From assembly GCA_964016885.1 (NCBI GenBank), contig OZ024743.1, forward strand, positions 315,580,001 to 315,644,000: a DNA stretch of 64,000 nt, read 5' to 3'. The position numbers were made by a program, and so were the translations under genes. Origin of the DNA: Eledone cirrhosa. Taxonomy: Eukaryota. Below the pieces are notes generated by a model, which was not told the DNA's origin, did not search any database, and saw nothing but the letters and a program-made list of their open reading frames with translations. Below, one piece after another: positions 50,616 to 64,000 of the stretch. Position 1 is the stretch's first letter. Each line of letters begins with the position of its first letter.

Positions 50616-51042
50616 ACACATTCACACATACACAGACACATATATACACACACATACACAATTCTATTCTTTAGCTGGTTTCAGAGATTCGACTGCCGCC
50701 ATAGTGTGGTAGAGTTTTAAAAGTATTTTAGTCAATCATTAATTATATATTTAGTTTTATATTCACTTATCTTTCTATATCTTATTTTATGTTTCTTAAC
50801 TGTAAGAAGTACAAGATACTACCTGTAGTTTGTCATGGCTTACTAACTCCATACGGACATTTAAATTGATTAAATAAATAAATAAATAAATATATAACGT
50901 CCCCTAGTACTTATATATTGAATTACAGCTACTGTCAATCTTACGAACTTTCAAACATTTCCAATAATATCAGAAGTTCTGATACGTAACACCTATCCAA
51001 CATGCACCGAAGTGGGATCGAACCCAGGACGTATTGATTGCG

Positions 51043-51240
51043 AAAGTAACTTCATAATTCGGTCAGGCTTGAACCCAATAACAATAGCAATTACAATAAT
51101 TGTTTCTACTTTTGGCACAAGGCCAGCAATTATTCCAGTGTATTACTGGTACTTTGGAATAATTGTGCTAAAAGTAGAAACAATTATTGTAATTGCTATT
51201 GTTATTGGGTTCAAGCCTGACCGAATTATGAAGTTACTTT
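51043..51240. repeat. Near-perfect ~78-bp inverted repeat with inner hairpin
   Basis: 51043-51120 vs 51163-51240 (1 mismatch); inner AATTATTCCA/TGGAATAATT. Confidence 0.92.
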
Positions 51241-51249
51241 AGCAATTAC

Positions 51250-51468
51250 AATAATGGTGTCTAATATAGGCACAAGTCCAACAATTTTGGGGGCGGGGGA
51301 ATGTTGATTAAATTGACACCATTGCGTTACTGGTTCTTTATTTTATCGAACTTGTAAGGATGAAAGGCAAAGCTAACCTCAGCGGGATTTGAACTCAAAA
51401 TGTAAAAATCTCGTAAGTCGCAAAACATGGTGACCGACGCTCTGCCGATACTGGCAGTCCACCACCCT
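51250..51468 (-). mobile_element. tRNA-derived SINE (4691 family)
   Basis: AAGGATGAAAGGCAAAGCTAACCTCAGCGGGATTTGAACTC. Confidence 0.8.
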
Positions 51469-51794
51469 AAGAGCAATAACAATAATAGTAGAGCAACAGT
51501 TGAATTGAACTGTTTCTTTTGTTTTACCTGTCTACAGTGTGTGAAGATTGTTGAAGCCGCAATGTGAATGCACCTTTCTTTGCTTTTTACATAGCTGGTT
51601 TAAACGAAGATGGGGATATAGAGCGGAAAAATCGATTCAGTATTTGTCTGGCACTTTATTTATCGACCTCAAAAGAAGGAAAGGTAGGATTTGAACATAG
51701 TGCTCTGAGTGTCAGAATAAATACTGACTGCATAACATTCTTCCCAACACCTTAATACTCTCCCAATTGGCCGCCTTTACGTTGGACTATATTA

Positions 51795-52030
51795 GCGACC
51801 TAGTGATAAGGGTGTTAGACTTACGATCATAATGTCTTGGGTTCGGTTCCTGGACTGGGTTATGTGTTGTGTTATTGAGCAAAACAATTTATTTTATGTG
51901 GCTCCAGTATACTCAGCTAAAAGTGAGTACCAGCAATACCTGCGGTGGACAGGCGTCCTGTCCGGAGAGGAATCATGTATTTTCTATCGCTTTATGCCGC
52001 GGAAACCGGGATAAGCACCTGCCTCGAGAA
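51795..52030 (+). mobile_element. tRNA-derived SINE (second family)
   Basis: CTAGTGATAAGGGTG..GGGTTCGGTTCC..TTGAGCAAAACA..CCAGTATACTCAGCT..GTGAGTACC. Confidence 0.6.
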
Positions 52031-52652
52031 TGACTTTAAACTTTTAGATGGGGAAATGGGGAAATAGTTTGAGAAGATATCATCGCAGTGGCATCGAACG
52101 CCGGATTTATGGCTGGGAAACGAACGACTTAGCTATTTTGCTTTATAGAATAACAAGAGCAAAGCCAGTTGAACTAAAGTGTTCAGTTAGAATACATATA
52201 TATATATATAAGTGGTTGATGTTGAAATAATTTGAGAGAACATTAACTATATTTTATATTTTATTAAAGTGACAAGTCTTGCAAATAGTTGAATAATTTA
52301 CATTCACGGCAGCCAGACGATACTCGCTGAACTGTAGAATTATGGTTTAAATCATTTCACTAGTTCTATTGGATATGGGGATGGGGTGCAGTTTTAGTTT
52401 CTAGTATCTATGGTGGTGGTAGTGGTAGTGCTGGGACTGGTGGTGGAAGTGGCTGAGGTGATCGGTGGTGGCGATAGTTGTGGTGACATTGGTGATGGTG
52501 TTGTTTTTGTCGTTGACGCCGCCGTCGTCGCTGTTAATATTGCTGTTAATGTTGCAGTTGTCGTTTTGTAATTATTATTGTCACTTTTGTGGCTTCCACT
52601 ATTTCAGAAGTTCTCAAATTGATAAATTCGTCCCAACATTTTTATATATTAA

Positions 52653-54150
52653 CTAGCAGATTTACCCGGCGTTGCTTGAGGTTTGAAATTATGCTAAGAA
52701 TATAGAGCTAGGAAGTAAAAGAAGAACATTATTTGTCCCAACCTGTCAAAATAAGCAGAAGTCTTCAATAATTAATGCAAACGAATATTTAGTGCAATCT
52801 TTGTACACATAAAACTATGCTGATAATGAAGGAAAACACTGAACAGGATGTAGTTATACAAATGATTAAAGACAATACACGTTGCAAATCTGTGAAAAAC
52901 AGGCAGTTTTGCTAAAGTACAAAAAGTTGTAATGAAAGCAGAGTTGTATACAAACAAAAAGACAATGAGAGTAGAATAACAGAAAATCTATTCTTTGAAA
53001 GCATCCTTTGCTGTGTATGGTTAAATGTTTAACTTATAATCCAAAATATCCTGCATGACATATTCATTGGTATGTTTTGTAATGAGTAAGGTGAAGTCAA
53101 GGCAGAGCTGTAATAAGTTTTTTTGTTAACACTAAAGCACTTCAGGATAGACGATATTCCTTGTTTTTCTTTTCGGAACAAACGCAAAGAGATTATCTCG
53201 ACTGCCAACTCGTGAGCAGGGAACGTAGAATTGTCCGTGCGAAAAGCAAGTTTCATCCAAGTGAATTCCAGCGACGGACAGAGTTTGACCTTGCGACTTG
53301 TTTATGGACATCGCAAAGGCAACACGAAGGGGAAATAGGGTTCGGCGAAAGGAGAAGGGAGTATCCACGCCTGATGTAGTCAGGCTAATTTTTGTTATTA
53401 TTACATCCTCGCCTTTACCATATCCGGATAGAATGGTAGCGTCAATACTAACTGGAGACAGTTTTTTAACCACAATGCGTGTACCATTGCATAGGTTTGG
53501 AGGAGTGATATTTCTCAGCAAAATAACTGGCGTTTCCTCTTTCAGAACCAATGTATTAGGAGGTAAACCAGGAGGATTTAAAGAATTTAGAAATTCAACT
53601 GGATAATTGACCGCATCCTGTGGATCACATACAGTATCAAGAGATTTATATATCCATGGACATCCAGGAAGAAGCTGAAGAAGCTGATCATTAATACAGC
53701 TAACCGTGATATTTTGGGATGCAAGAATGGCTCTTTCACATAGCCAATCAAGATTCGTATAGTTATCACGCAAGTTCAGGAATACACTTGCCTTGAGATC
53801 ATCGACAGTTTCAACTACATTGCAGATGTGATCAATTGCTATGTGTCCATCTGTATCCATAACATCACTGCAATCCCGTATGTCTTGCAAAGGTTATCTC
53901 CCTTTTTAATAAGGATTGTCAATAAAGTTTGTTATCTCCCTTGCATCAATTTTTCTACCGATAATTTTGATATCGATGTTTTATTGCTCAACATGGGTCG
54001 ATTTGAAAAATGTTTGTGATGTGACAATGTTAGCTACCTGTGCAACGTGCACAGACAATTTGGTCAAATTCTGTTGGTAATTGTGAAATCCTTAAGCATG
54101 CAAAGTTGTACACAGACATACACACATCCTCGCTTTTATATATATAAAGA
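52653..54150 (-). mobile_element. Internally deleted Helitron with both termini
   Basis: Minus strand begins A|TCTTTATATATATAAAAG and ends GCAACGCCGGGTAAATCTG-CTAG|T, the canonical TC...CTAG in an AT site; carries the helicase C-terminus. Confidence 0.9.
53132..53890 (-). pseudogene. PIF1-like helicase C-terminal part of Helitron RepHel
   Basis: WLCERAILA, YPVEFLNSLNPPGLPP, LLRNITPPNLCNGTR, FPLRVAFAMSINKSQGQTL, FSHGQFYV..SRV, TRNIVYPEVL. Confidence 0.92.
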
Positions 54151-54234
54151 TGAGAAAACAAAATAGAGTTTTTGATAGAACGGAAGTATCAGACTTGTTT
54201 AACATATACATACTCTAGATAAATGAGAGAATGG

Positions 54235-55210
54235 TTTACTTCCTGGGGGGGGGGGGTCTTTACCGAGATGACAGACCAGTCATTCTCATCGACTTCAACC
54301 CCAGCAACATAGACATCGTACGAAAGGGTCTCATACATTTTCTCAAAGAATTAGGTTTCAAATATAACCATCCAAACATTACCCACAAGTACGAACTTTT
54401 GGGATGTAAATTTCAACCTGGAGAAACCAAACGATACACCCCACTACACAAATAGACAATCTAACCAACCGAGGGCTGCTATAAACAATTCGGTTAAAAA
54501 CATATTCCTGTGAATCACCTGCATCTCGACTAATGAACTATTTTTTAGCAAACATGCCCATACTATAATGCAGCCCTAGATTAGAGTAGATTCAATGCTA
54601 AATTAATTTACCACCCCACAACCAATAGAGAACCCAGCAGGCACTGCTGTACCGAGACATTAGTTTGTTCAACCCACCATTCAAGGCCGAGGTCGCCACA
54701 TCAATAACTAAGATATTCTTTACACTTCTTAAAGACAAAGCAGTTCACTCTGTAACACTCTTATCAGAATATATTCAACAGAAACACTGTTACACTTTCT
54801 TACAGTGTTACCGCTAACTTCGATTCAAATAACACTTCTTCAAACCGAGCGAAACTCAACTCCATCGTAACACACACATACACCAAATAGCAAGAAAAAT
54901 ATTATATATATATATGCAACGTTATAACAAACCACTCCAACAAACCATACATTGGTCTTATGACTTGTGAATTGAAAACAGGATTTACCAGCATCAGGAC
55001 AGTTTTCGAAACCCAACTCGGAAAATGCCACGATATCTTCGACCGATACGTGAAAAATTACACCTTTCAATTTGCAATGGTCTATCCTGACCAAACCGTT
55101 CGCCGTGCAACTTCTGCTCCGAGGAAACCATAAACATACTGTTCTTTAATGGAAAGCTACTCAACAAGAAGACCGAACTCGTTACATTGTGTAGACACAG
55201 GATATATAAA
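54235..55210 (+). mobile_element. Highly decayed Naiad-like PLE fragment
   Basis: GLYRDD, NFLDVNFNL, YYNAAL, FNPPF, IFNRNTVTLSYS, PYIGL, LQWSIL, CNFCSEE, LLNKKTELVTLCRH in shifting frames, colinear with 7745-9580. Confidence 0.75.
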
Positions 55211-55383
55211 ACTATAAAATATACTTTAACTTTAAACCCTCACATGGCCTCAGAGGATAAGAACATTTGCTACTATTAGGCATACATACACTACTAACTT
55301 CAGTAACACATACCAGTTATAAGGCACAAATAAGCACAAGGCGTACTGAACACACAACATCACGAACGGCACCTGAGTGAAAG

Positions 55384-55770
55384 CTATACAGATATAACCG
55401 TAGTAGGCTCCCATAATAAAAGTGTTGTAGTAGATTCGTTACCTCTTATGACACCTGACAAGGAGGGTGTGGCTAATAAGCGAAAGGTTACCGTAGAGAA
55501 TTTTGTTCGTGAATTTTGATATTCTTTTATCCTTCTTAGCATTCGTATGTAGCAACCATCTAAAGATTTCGTGATAGATATTGTCTCAGACCATGATTCA
55601 CAGGAATTCAATAAGATTGATTCCACTGTAGCTTTGAATAATCTAACATATATTTTTGTGATTATGATAGATTTCCACACCATATCTAGCGAGTTTACAG
55701 CAGACCATGGTTGTGCTATCCTGTTGTTTATATCATTTGACGAGTTGATATATGCGCAAGGCTATTTGAA

Positions 55771-55772
<2 letters not shown>
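55384..55772 (-). mobile_element. RTE-like LINE RT C-terminal fragment
   Basis: DINNRIAQPWSAVNSLDMVWKS..RLFKATVESILLNSCESW..LDGCYIRMLRRI. Confidence 0.75.
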
Positions 55773-55831
<59 letters not shown>

Positions 55832-56084
55832 AAAAAGACGATCGACTTTCGTCAAATCGGACCGAGGGAACAATGTTTCCGTTGGTCTTTCCAATTGCTA
55901 ATACTATCTATCAGTCGCAACTCCAGGTAGAAGGAGCATATATATATATCATAAATCATGTCTTTAGAATTATTAGATAAAATATATACCATTTCCTCTC
56001 CATTTCTATCTATGACTTTATGTTTATGTATATGTAAATCTTTATATTATATATATATATCTGTGTGTGTACAGGTAATCGTGT

Positions 56085-56125
56085 CCGAGCTGAAGATCCG
56101 CATAAGGTGAAACAATTGTTCTCGG
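56085..56125 (+). ncRNA. Solo minimal type I hammerhead ribozyme
   Basis: CCGAG-CTGAAGA-TCC-GCATAA-GGT-GAAAC-AATT-GTT-CTCGG; 5-bp stem I, palindromic stem III ACAATTGT. Confidence 0.72.
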
Positions 56126-56422
56126 TATGCTGAACTAACTGTTGTGTTACTACTTCTACGTCACATGGACTGAGTGCTCTACCACTACGGATATTACCAG
56201 TGTTCTACCTCTCTCTCTCTCTATATATATATATATAATATGGGTATATGTATGTATAAATACATACATACAGACAGACATATACCCACATCCTATTGTT
56301 AGTCTACTCTAACGCTTACATTTATGTCAACCTTCCAACTATACTGTTCCTTATACCTCCTCCACCTTCTTTTCTACTGTCTTTCCTTCTCTAAATAATT
56401 TATCTATCTATGTATCTAACTA

Positions 56423-56509
<87 letters not shown>

Positions 56510-56514
<5 letters not shown>

Positions 56515-57071
56515 TGTATGTATAGTATATTTGGCAATATACGGGGAGTGCGTGGCTCTGATGATCGCCAACAGCGTTAAACAGACTGTTAGCTTCTCTC
56601 CCTTCTTTCGCCGAAAGGAAGTAAGTGGCATAGTCGCTATTTTAAAACCGATAGCGTATGGTCTTCAAAATGTTTTTAATTAAACATACGGTATATTGCC
56701 AAATATACTATACATACATTCATGTACACATCGCTATTTCAGAGCACCAATCCTAATACCTAATTTTTGCTGGACCGGCAATCGCTCTGTAAAATCAGCT
56801 CCTGATTATTACTGGAATTCCATAAGAATCCAGCTTCTATAATTTTCGGCGAAAGCGAGGAGTGCGTGGCTCTGATGATCGTCAACAGCGGGAAACAGTC
56901 TGTCAGCTTCTCTCCCTTCTTTCGCCGAAAAGAAGTAAGTGACATAGTCACTACTTTAAAACCGATAGCGTATGGTCTTCAAAATGTTTTTAATTAAACA
57001 TACGATATATTGCCAAATATACTATACATACATTCATGTATACATCGCTATTTCAGAGCACCAATCTTAAT
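56510..57071 (+). mobile_element. Retrozyme-like partial dimer, 314-bp period, with inverted 5' segment
   Basis: 56545-56757 repeated at 56859-57071; 56510-56542 is the reverse complement of ~56691-56723; one HHR per unit; (TA)n flanks. Confidence 0.85.
56843..56931 (+). ncRNA. Type I hammerhead ribozyme with extended stem I
   Basis: TTTTCGGCGAAAG..GGAG..GGCT-CTGATGA-TCGT-CAACA-GCGG-GAAACAG-T-CTGTC-AGCT..CTCC..CTTTCGCCGAAAA; predicted cut after 56904. The upstream copy (CTGATGA at 56558) has GAAA mutated to TAAA. Confidence 0.85.
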
Positions 57072-57189
57072 ATATATATAAATATTTATATCTAGCTCTA
57101 TCTCTCTCTCAAATCAATTTTCTTCATTTTGCTACAACTATTACTCTCATTTCTTCATCCCTCTCCTCCACATTTTACTCTAATTCCTC

Positions 57190-59700
57190 TACACCACCAT
57201 CATCACCACAACCACCACCTTCATCACAATCGTCACCACCACACCACCACCACCTTTATCACAATCAACACCACCATCGTCACCACCACACCACCACCAC
57301 CACCTTTATCACAATCAACACCACCATCATCACCACCATCACCACAACAACCACCACGACAAGCACAACCAACAACACCACCACCACTTTCAACACCACT
57401 ACCACCTTCACCACCACTACCACCAACATCACTACCACCACCATAACAACGGCATTTATACATTCGCATTTTCCTCATCACATTTCTGTCTCCTTTTCAC
57501 TCCCTTTCGCTCTATTTCTCTCTCACTCTCTATGTATCTATCTATCTACCTCTACCTTACTCTCTCTCCCCCTTTCCCCCACCTTTCTCTCATCTCTCTC
57601 CCCCTCTCTCTATGTGTGTGTCTCTGTTTAGCTCCTACTAAATCCTCCAGCCACCACCATCAACAATATTATTCCACAACCACCACCATCACCACCACTG
57701 CAACCACTACACCACCACCAACTCAACCATCACCACCATCTGCATTGACAACACCACCTCCACTACCACCACCATCTACATTAACAACACCACCTCCAAT
57801 ACCACCACCACCACCACCACAATCATGTCCACTATCACCAAGAATACCTTCCCCACCACCAGCATCAACAATATTACCTCCACCACCATCATCAACAACC
57901 TACCTTCACCACCACCAGCACCATCAACAACACTGCTTTCACCACCACCACGTCCACCTCCATCACCACAACCTTCACCACCACCACCAATAGCACCAGC
58001 TTCACCACCTCCACCACCACCACCACATCGACCACCACCAGCTCCACCACCACCATCACAGGCTCCACTACCACCACCAACACATCCACCACCACCACCA
58101 CCACCAGCTCCACTACCACCACCACCAGCTCCACTACCACCACCACCAGCTCCACCACCACCACCAACAACAACAACAACACCAACCTACTTTCACCGCC
58201 ACCACCACCAATACCTCCACCACCACGACCACACCCACCACCACCAGCTCCACTACCACCACCAACAACAACAACAACAACACGAACCTACCCACACCAC
58301 CACCGCCACCAACACCTCCACCACCACCACATCCACCGCCATCACCAGCTCCCCCACCTCCACTACCACCACATTCACCAACAGCACCACATCCACTACC
58401 TCCACCACCACCACCAACAGCACCACCTCCACCACCTCCACCGACACCACCACCAACACCTCCACCACCACCACATCCAACACCACCACCACCACCAACA
58501 CACCCACCAACGCACCACATCCACCACCTCAACCGCCACCACTACCGCCACATTCACCAGCAGCTATACCACCACCACCACATTCACCAACAGCTCTACC
58601 GCCGCCACCACATCCACCAACAGCTCTACCACCACCACCACCACCTCCACCACCACCACTACCACCACCACCACCTCCACCACCACCACTACCACCACCA
58701 CCACCACCAACAGCACCATCTCCACCACCTCCACCGCCACCACCACCAACACCTCCACCACCACCACATCCACCACCACCATACCACCACACCCACCAAC
58801 GCCCCACATCCACCACCTCAACCGCCACCACTACCGCCACATTCACCAACAGCTCTACCGCCGCCACCACATTCACCAACAGCCCTACCACCACCATCAC
58901 CACCATCACCACCTCCACCACCATACACTTCTATCTATACAGTTATCTCTGCCATTTTCTCTTTCATTTTCACCTACTCCTAAACTTCTCATCTATAACC
59001 ACACACACATTCACACATACTACTGTTTTACATACATCTACAAACGCACACCCACATACCACTATCACATACACACATACATGCATAACTATCACCTTCA
59101 CATATACTAATGTCTTTACATACACATCAAACCCCCACGCACACAAGCATACCACTATCACCTTCACACATACTAATGTCTTAACAAACGCACTCATACA
59201 AACAGACACACATACACACATACACATGTCTTTACAAACACACACACATGCGCACAACACATACACACATACAAATCTCCTTACAAACGCACTCGTATAC
59301 ACAGACACACATGCACATACTCATGCACACACCACTATCACATACACATATACTAATGTCTTTACAAATGCACACATACAGAGACACACATATACACACG
59401 CATGCATACACCACCCAACACTATCACATTCACATATAACAATGTCTTTACAAATGCACACATATACACAGGCACACATACACATACACATGCACACACA
59501 CCAATATCACATACATACACACATACAAATGTCTTTACAAATACACACACTCTCCACTATCACATACACACATACAAATGACATTACAAATACACACACT
59601 CACCACTATCACATACACACATACTAATGTCTTTACAAATGCACTCACACACCACTACCACATACACACATAGTAATGTCGTTACAAATGCACACATATA
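57190..59700. repeat. (CAC)n and (CA)-rich low-complexity tracts
   Basis: Degenerate ACC runs at 57190-57445 and 57650-58925; CA-rich block with recurring TAATGTCTTTACAAA at 59000-59700. Confidence 0.9.
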
Positions 59701-59889
59701 CCCATACAGGAGAGTGAATGAGAGTTGTTTTGACACACACAAACGCAAACAAACCACACACACACACAAACACACACACACCACATACACTACAGCATAC
59801 GCTCACCACAAAACACGCCGCCACCACTACAGCATGCACTACCATCTCAGTATACACCGCCACGTCATCATACACCACCACCTTAGAAC

Positions 59890-62800
59890 ACACACCACCA
59901 CCACCTTAGAACACACACCACCACATCACACCACCACCACATCACATACACCACCACCACATCACACCACCACCACATCACATACACCACCACCACATCA
60001 CACTACCACCACCACATCACACCACCACCACATCACACTACCACCACATCACATACACCACCACCACATCACACCACCAGCACATCACATACACCACCAC
60101 CACATCACACCACCACCACATCACATACACCACCACCACATCACACTACCACCACATCACACCACCACCACATCACATACACCACCACCACATCACACCA
60201 CCACCACATCACACTACAACCACCACATCACACCACCACTACATCACACCACCACCACATCACATACACCACTACATCACACCACCACCACATCACACTA
60301 CCACCACCACATCACACCATCACCACATCACACCACCACCACATCACACCATCACCACATCACATACAGCACCACCACGTCACACCACCACCACATCACA
60401 TACATCACCACCACATCACACCACCACCACATCACATGCACCACCACCACATCACACTACCACCACATCACATACACCACCACCACATCACACCACCACC
60501 ACATCACATACACCACCACCACATCACACCACCACCACATCACATACACCACCACCACATCACACCACCACCACATCACATACACCACCACCACATCACA
60601 TACACCACCACATCACACCACCACCACATCACATACACCACCACCACATCACACTACCACCACATCACATACACCACCACCACATCACACCACCACCACA
60701 TCACATACACCACCACCACATCACACCACCACCACATCACATACACCACCACCACATCACACCACCACCACATCACATACACCACCACCACATCACACCA
60801 CCACCACATCACATACACCACCACCACATCACACCATCACCACATCACACCACCACCACATCACACCATCACCACATCACATACACCACCACCACATCAC
60901 ACCACCACCACATCACATACACCACCACCACATCACACCATCACCACATCACACCACCACCACATCACACCATCACCACATCACATACACCACCACCACA
61001 TCACATACACCACCACCACATCACATACACCACCACCACATCACATACACCAGCACCACATCACATACACCACCACATCACACCACCACCACATCACATA
61101 CACCACCACCACATCACACTACCACCACATCACATACACCACCACCACATCACACCACCACCACATCACGTACACCACCACATCACACCACCACCACATC
61201 ACATACACCACCACCACATCACACCATCACCACATCACATACACCACCACCACATCACACTACCACCACATCACACTACCACCACATCACATACACCACC
61301 ACCACATCACACCACCACCACATCACACTACCACCACATCACACCACCACCACATCACATACACCACCACCACATCACACTACCACCACATCACACTACC
61401 ACCACATCACACTACCACCACATCACACTACCACCACATCACACCACCACCACATCACATACACCACCACCACATCACACTACCACCACATCACATACAC
61501 CACCACCACATCACACTACCACCACATCACATACACCACCACCACATTACACTACCACCACATCACATACACCACCACCACATCACACCACCACCACATC
61601 ACACTACCACCACATCACACCACCACCACATCACACTACCACCACATCACACCACCACCACATCACATACACCACCACCACATCACACTACCACCACATC
61701 ACACTACCACCACATCACACTACCACCACATCACACTACCACCACATCACACCACCACCACATCACATACACCACCACCACATCACACTACCACCACATC
61801 ACACTACCACCACATCACACTACCACCATATCACACCACCACCACATCACATACACCACCACCACATCACACCACCACCACATCACACTACCAACACATC
61901 ACACCACCACCACATCACATACACCACCACCACATCACACTACCACCACATCACACTACCACCACATCACACCACCACCACATCACATACACCACCACCA
62001 CATCACACCAGCACCACATCACATACACCACCACCACATCACACTACCACCACATCACATACACCACCTCCACATCACACCACCACCACATCACATACAC
62101 CACCACCACATCACACCACCACCACATCACATACACCACCACCACATCACACCACCACCACATCACATACACCACCACCACATCACACCACCACCACATC
62201 ACATACACCACCACCACATCACACCACCACCACATCACATACACCACCACCACATCACATACACCACCACCACATCACATACACCACCACCACATCACAC
62301 TACCACCACATCACACTACCACCACATCACACCACCACCACATCACATACACCACCACCACATCACACTACCACCACATCACACTACCACCACATCACAC
62401 TACCACCACATCACACTACCACCACATCACACTACCACCACATCACACTACCACCACATCACACCACCACCACATCACATACACCACCACCACATCACAC
62501 TACCACCACATCACACCACCACCACATCACACCACCACCACATCACATACACCACCACCACGTCACACTACCACCACATCACACTACCACCACATCACGT
62601 ACACCACCACCACATCACACTACCACCACATCACATACACCACCACCACATCACACTACCACCACATCACATACACCACCACATTACACCACCACCACAT
62701 CACATACACCACCACCACATCACATACACCACCACCACATCACATACACCACCACCACATCACATACACCACCACCACATCACATACACCACCACCACAT

Positions 62801-64000
62801 CACATACACCACCACCACATCACATACACCACCACCACATCACACCACCACCACATCACATACACCACCACATCACACCACCACATCACATACACCACCA
62901 CCACATCACATACACCACCACCACATCACACCACCACCACATCATATACACCACCACCACATCACACCACCACCACATCACGTACACCACCACCACATCA
63001 GACCACCACCACATCACACTACCACCACATCACACCACCACCACATCACACTACCACCACATCACACTACCACCACATCACACCACCACCACATCACATA
63101 CACCACCACCACATCACATACACCACCACCACATCACACCACCACCACATCACATACACCACCACATCACACCACCACCACATCACATACACCACCACCA
63201 CATCACATAAACCACCACCACATCACACCACCACCACATCACGTACACCACCACCACATCACACCACCACCACATCACACTACCACCACATCACACCACC
63301 ACCACATCACACTACCACCACATCACACCACCACCACATCACGTACACCACCACCACATCACATACACCACCACCACATCACATACACCACCACATCACA
63401 CCACCACCACATCACACCACCACCACATCACATACACCACCACCCCATCACACTACCACCACATCACACTACCACCACATCACACCACCACCACATCACA
63501 CTAACACCACATCACATACACCACCACCACATCACACTACCACCACATCACGTACACCACCACCACATCACACTACCACCACATCACATACACCACCACC
63601 ACATCACACTACCACCACATCACATACACCACCACCACATCACACTACCACCACATCACATACACCACCACATCACACCACCACCACATCACATTCACCA
63701 CCACCACATCACACCACCACCACATCACACCACCACCACATCACGTACACCACCACCACATCACACCACCACCACATCACATACACCACCACCACATCAC
63801 ACCACCACCACATCACACCACCACTACATCACATACACCACCACCACATCACACTACCACCACATCACAGACACCACCACCACATCACACTACCACCACA
63901 TCACATACACCACCACCACATCACACCACCACCACATCACATACACCACCACCACATCACACCACGACCACATCACACCACCACCACATCACATACACCA
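59890..64000. repeat. Satellite of 13-20-bp units ACC(ACC)nACATCAC(AT/ACT), running off the window end
   Basis: More than 4 kb of variants of ACCACCACCACATCACATAC. Confidence 0.97.

Noticed and set aside
57825-63210. 600-aa Pro/Thr-rich and 924-aa His/Thr-rich ORFs
   Set aside because: They arise from CAC-based satellites that lack stop codons; the frame drifts with unit indels.
59890-64000. Telomeric repeat
   Set aside because: Units are variable ACCACCACATCAC types, not TTAGGG/CCCTAA.

Overview
Repeat-dominated, AT-rich animal DNA, most likely cephalopod (Octopus-like). That assignment is inferred from the tRNA-derived SINE families and the extreme microsatellite density. I can support no host protein-coding exon. 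The window holds: (i) four co-oriented Tx1-like L1-group retrotransposons, each bounded by (GATA)n (15841-27820), one near-intact, plus a fifth relative in a (TAT)/(TAG)n site; (ii) five Penelope-like element (PLE) remnants with RT plus GIY-YIG; (iii) an internally deleted mariner, a 1.5-kb Helitron with both termini, a pogo/Tigger-like MITE, and R4/Dong, CRE and RTE LINE fragments; (iv) many SINEs, micro- and minisatellites. The strongest signal is a set of unrelated, non-coding, hammerhead-ribozyme (HHR)-containing mini-elements inserted in (TA)n tracts. These are a 5-copy ~475-bp array (35428-37977), a 314-bp-period dimer (56510-57071), 520-bp and 690-bp terminally redundant units (11604-12264, 38325-39130) and solo units. 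Two carry a PLE-style inverted 5' segment. They look like retrozymes, possibly producing circular RNA and mobilised by co-resident PLEs. All motifs were read by eye; no database search or folding was run.
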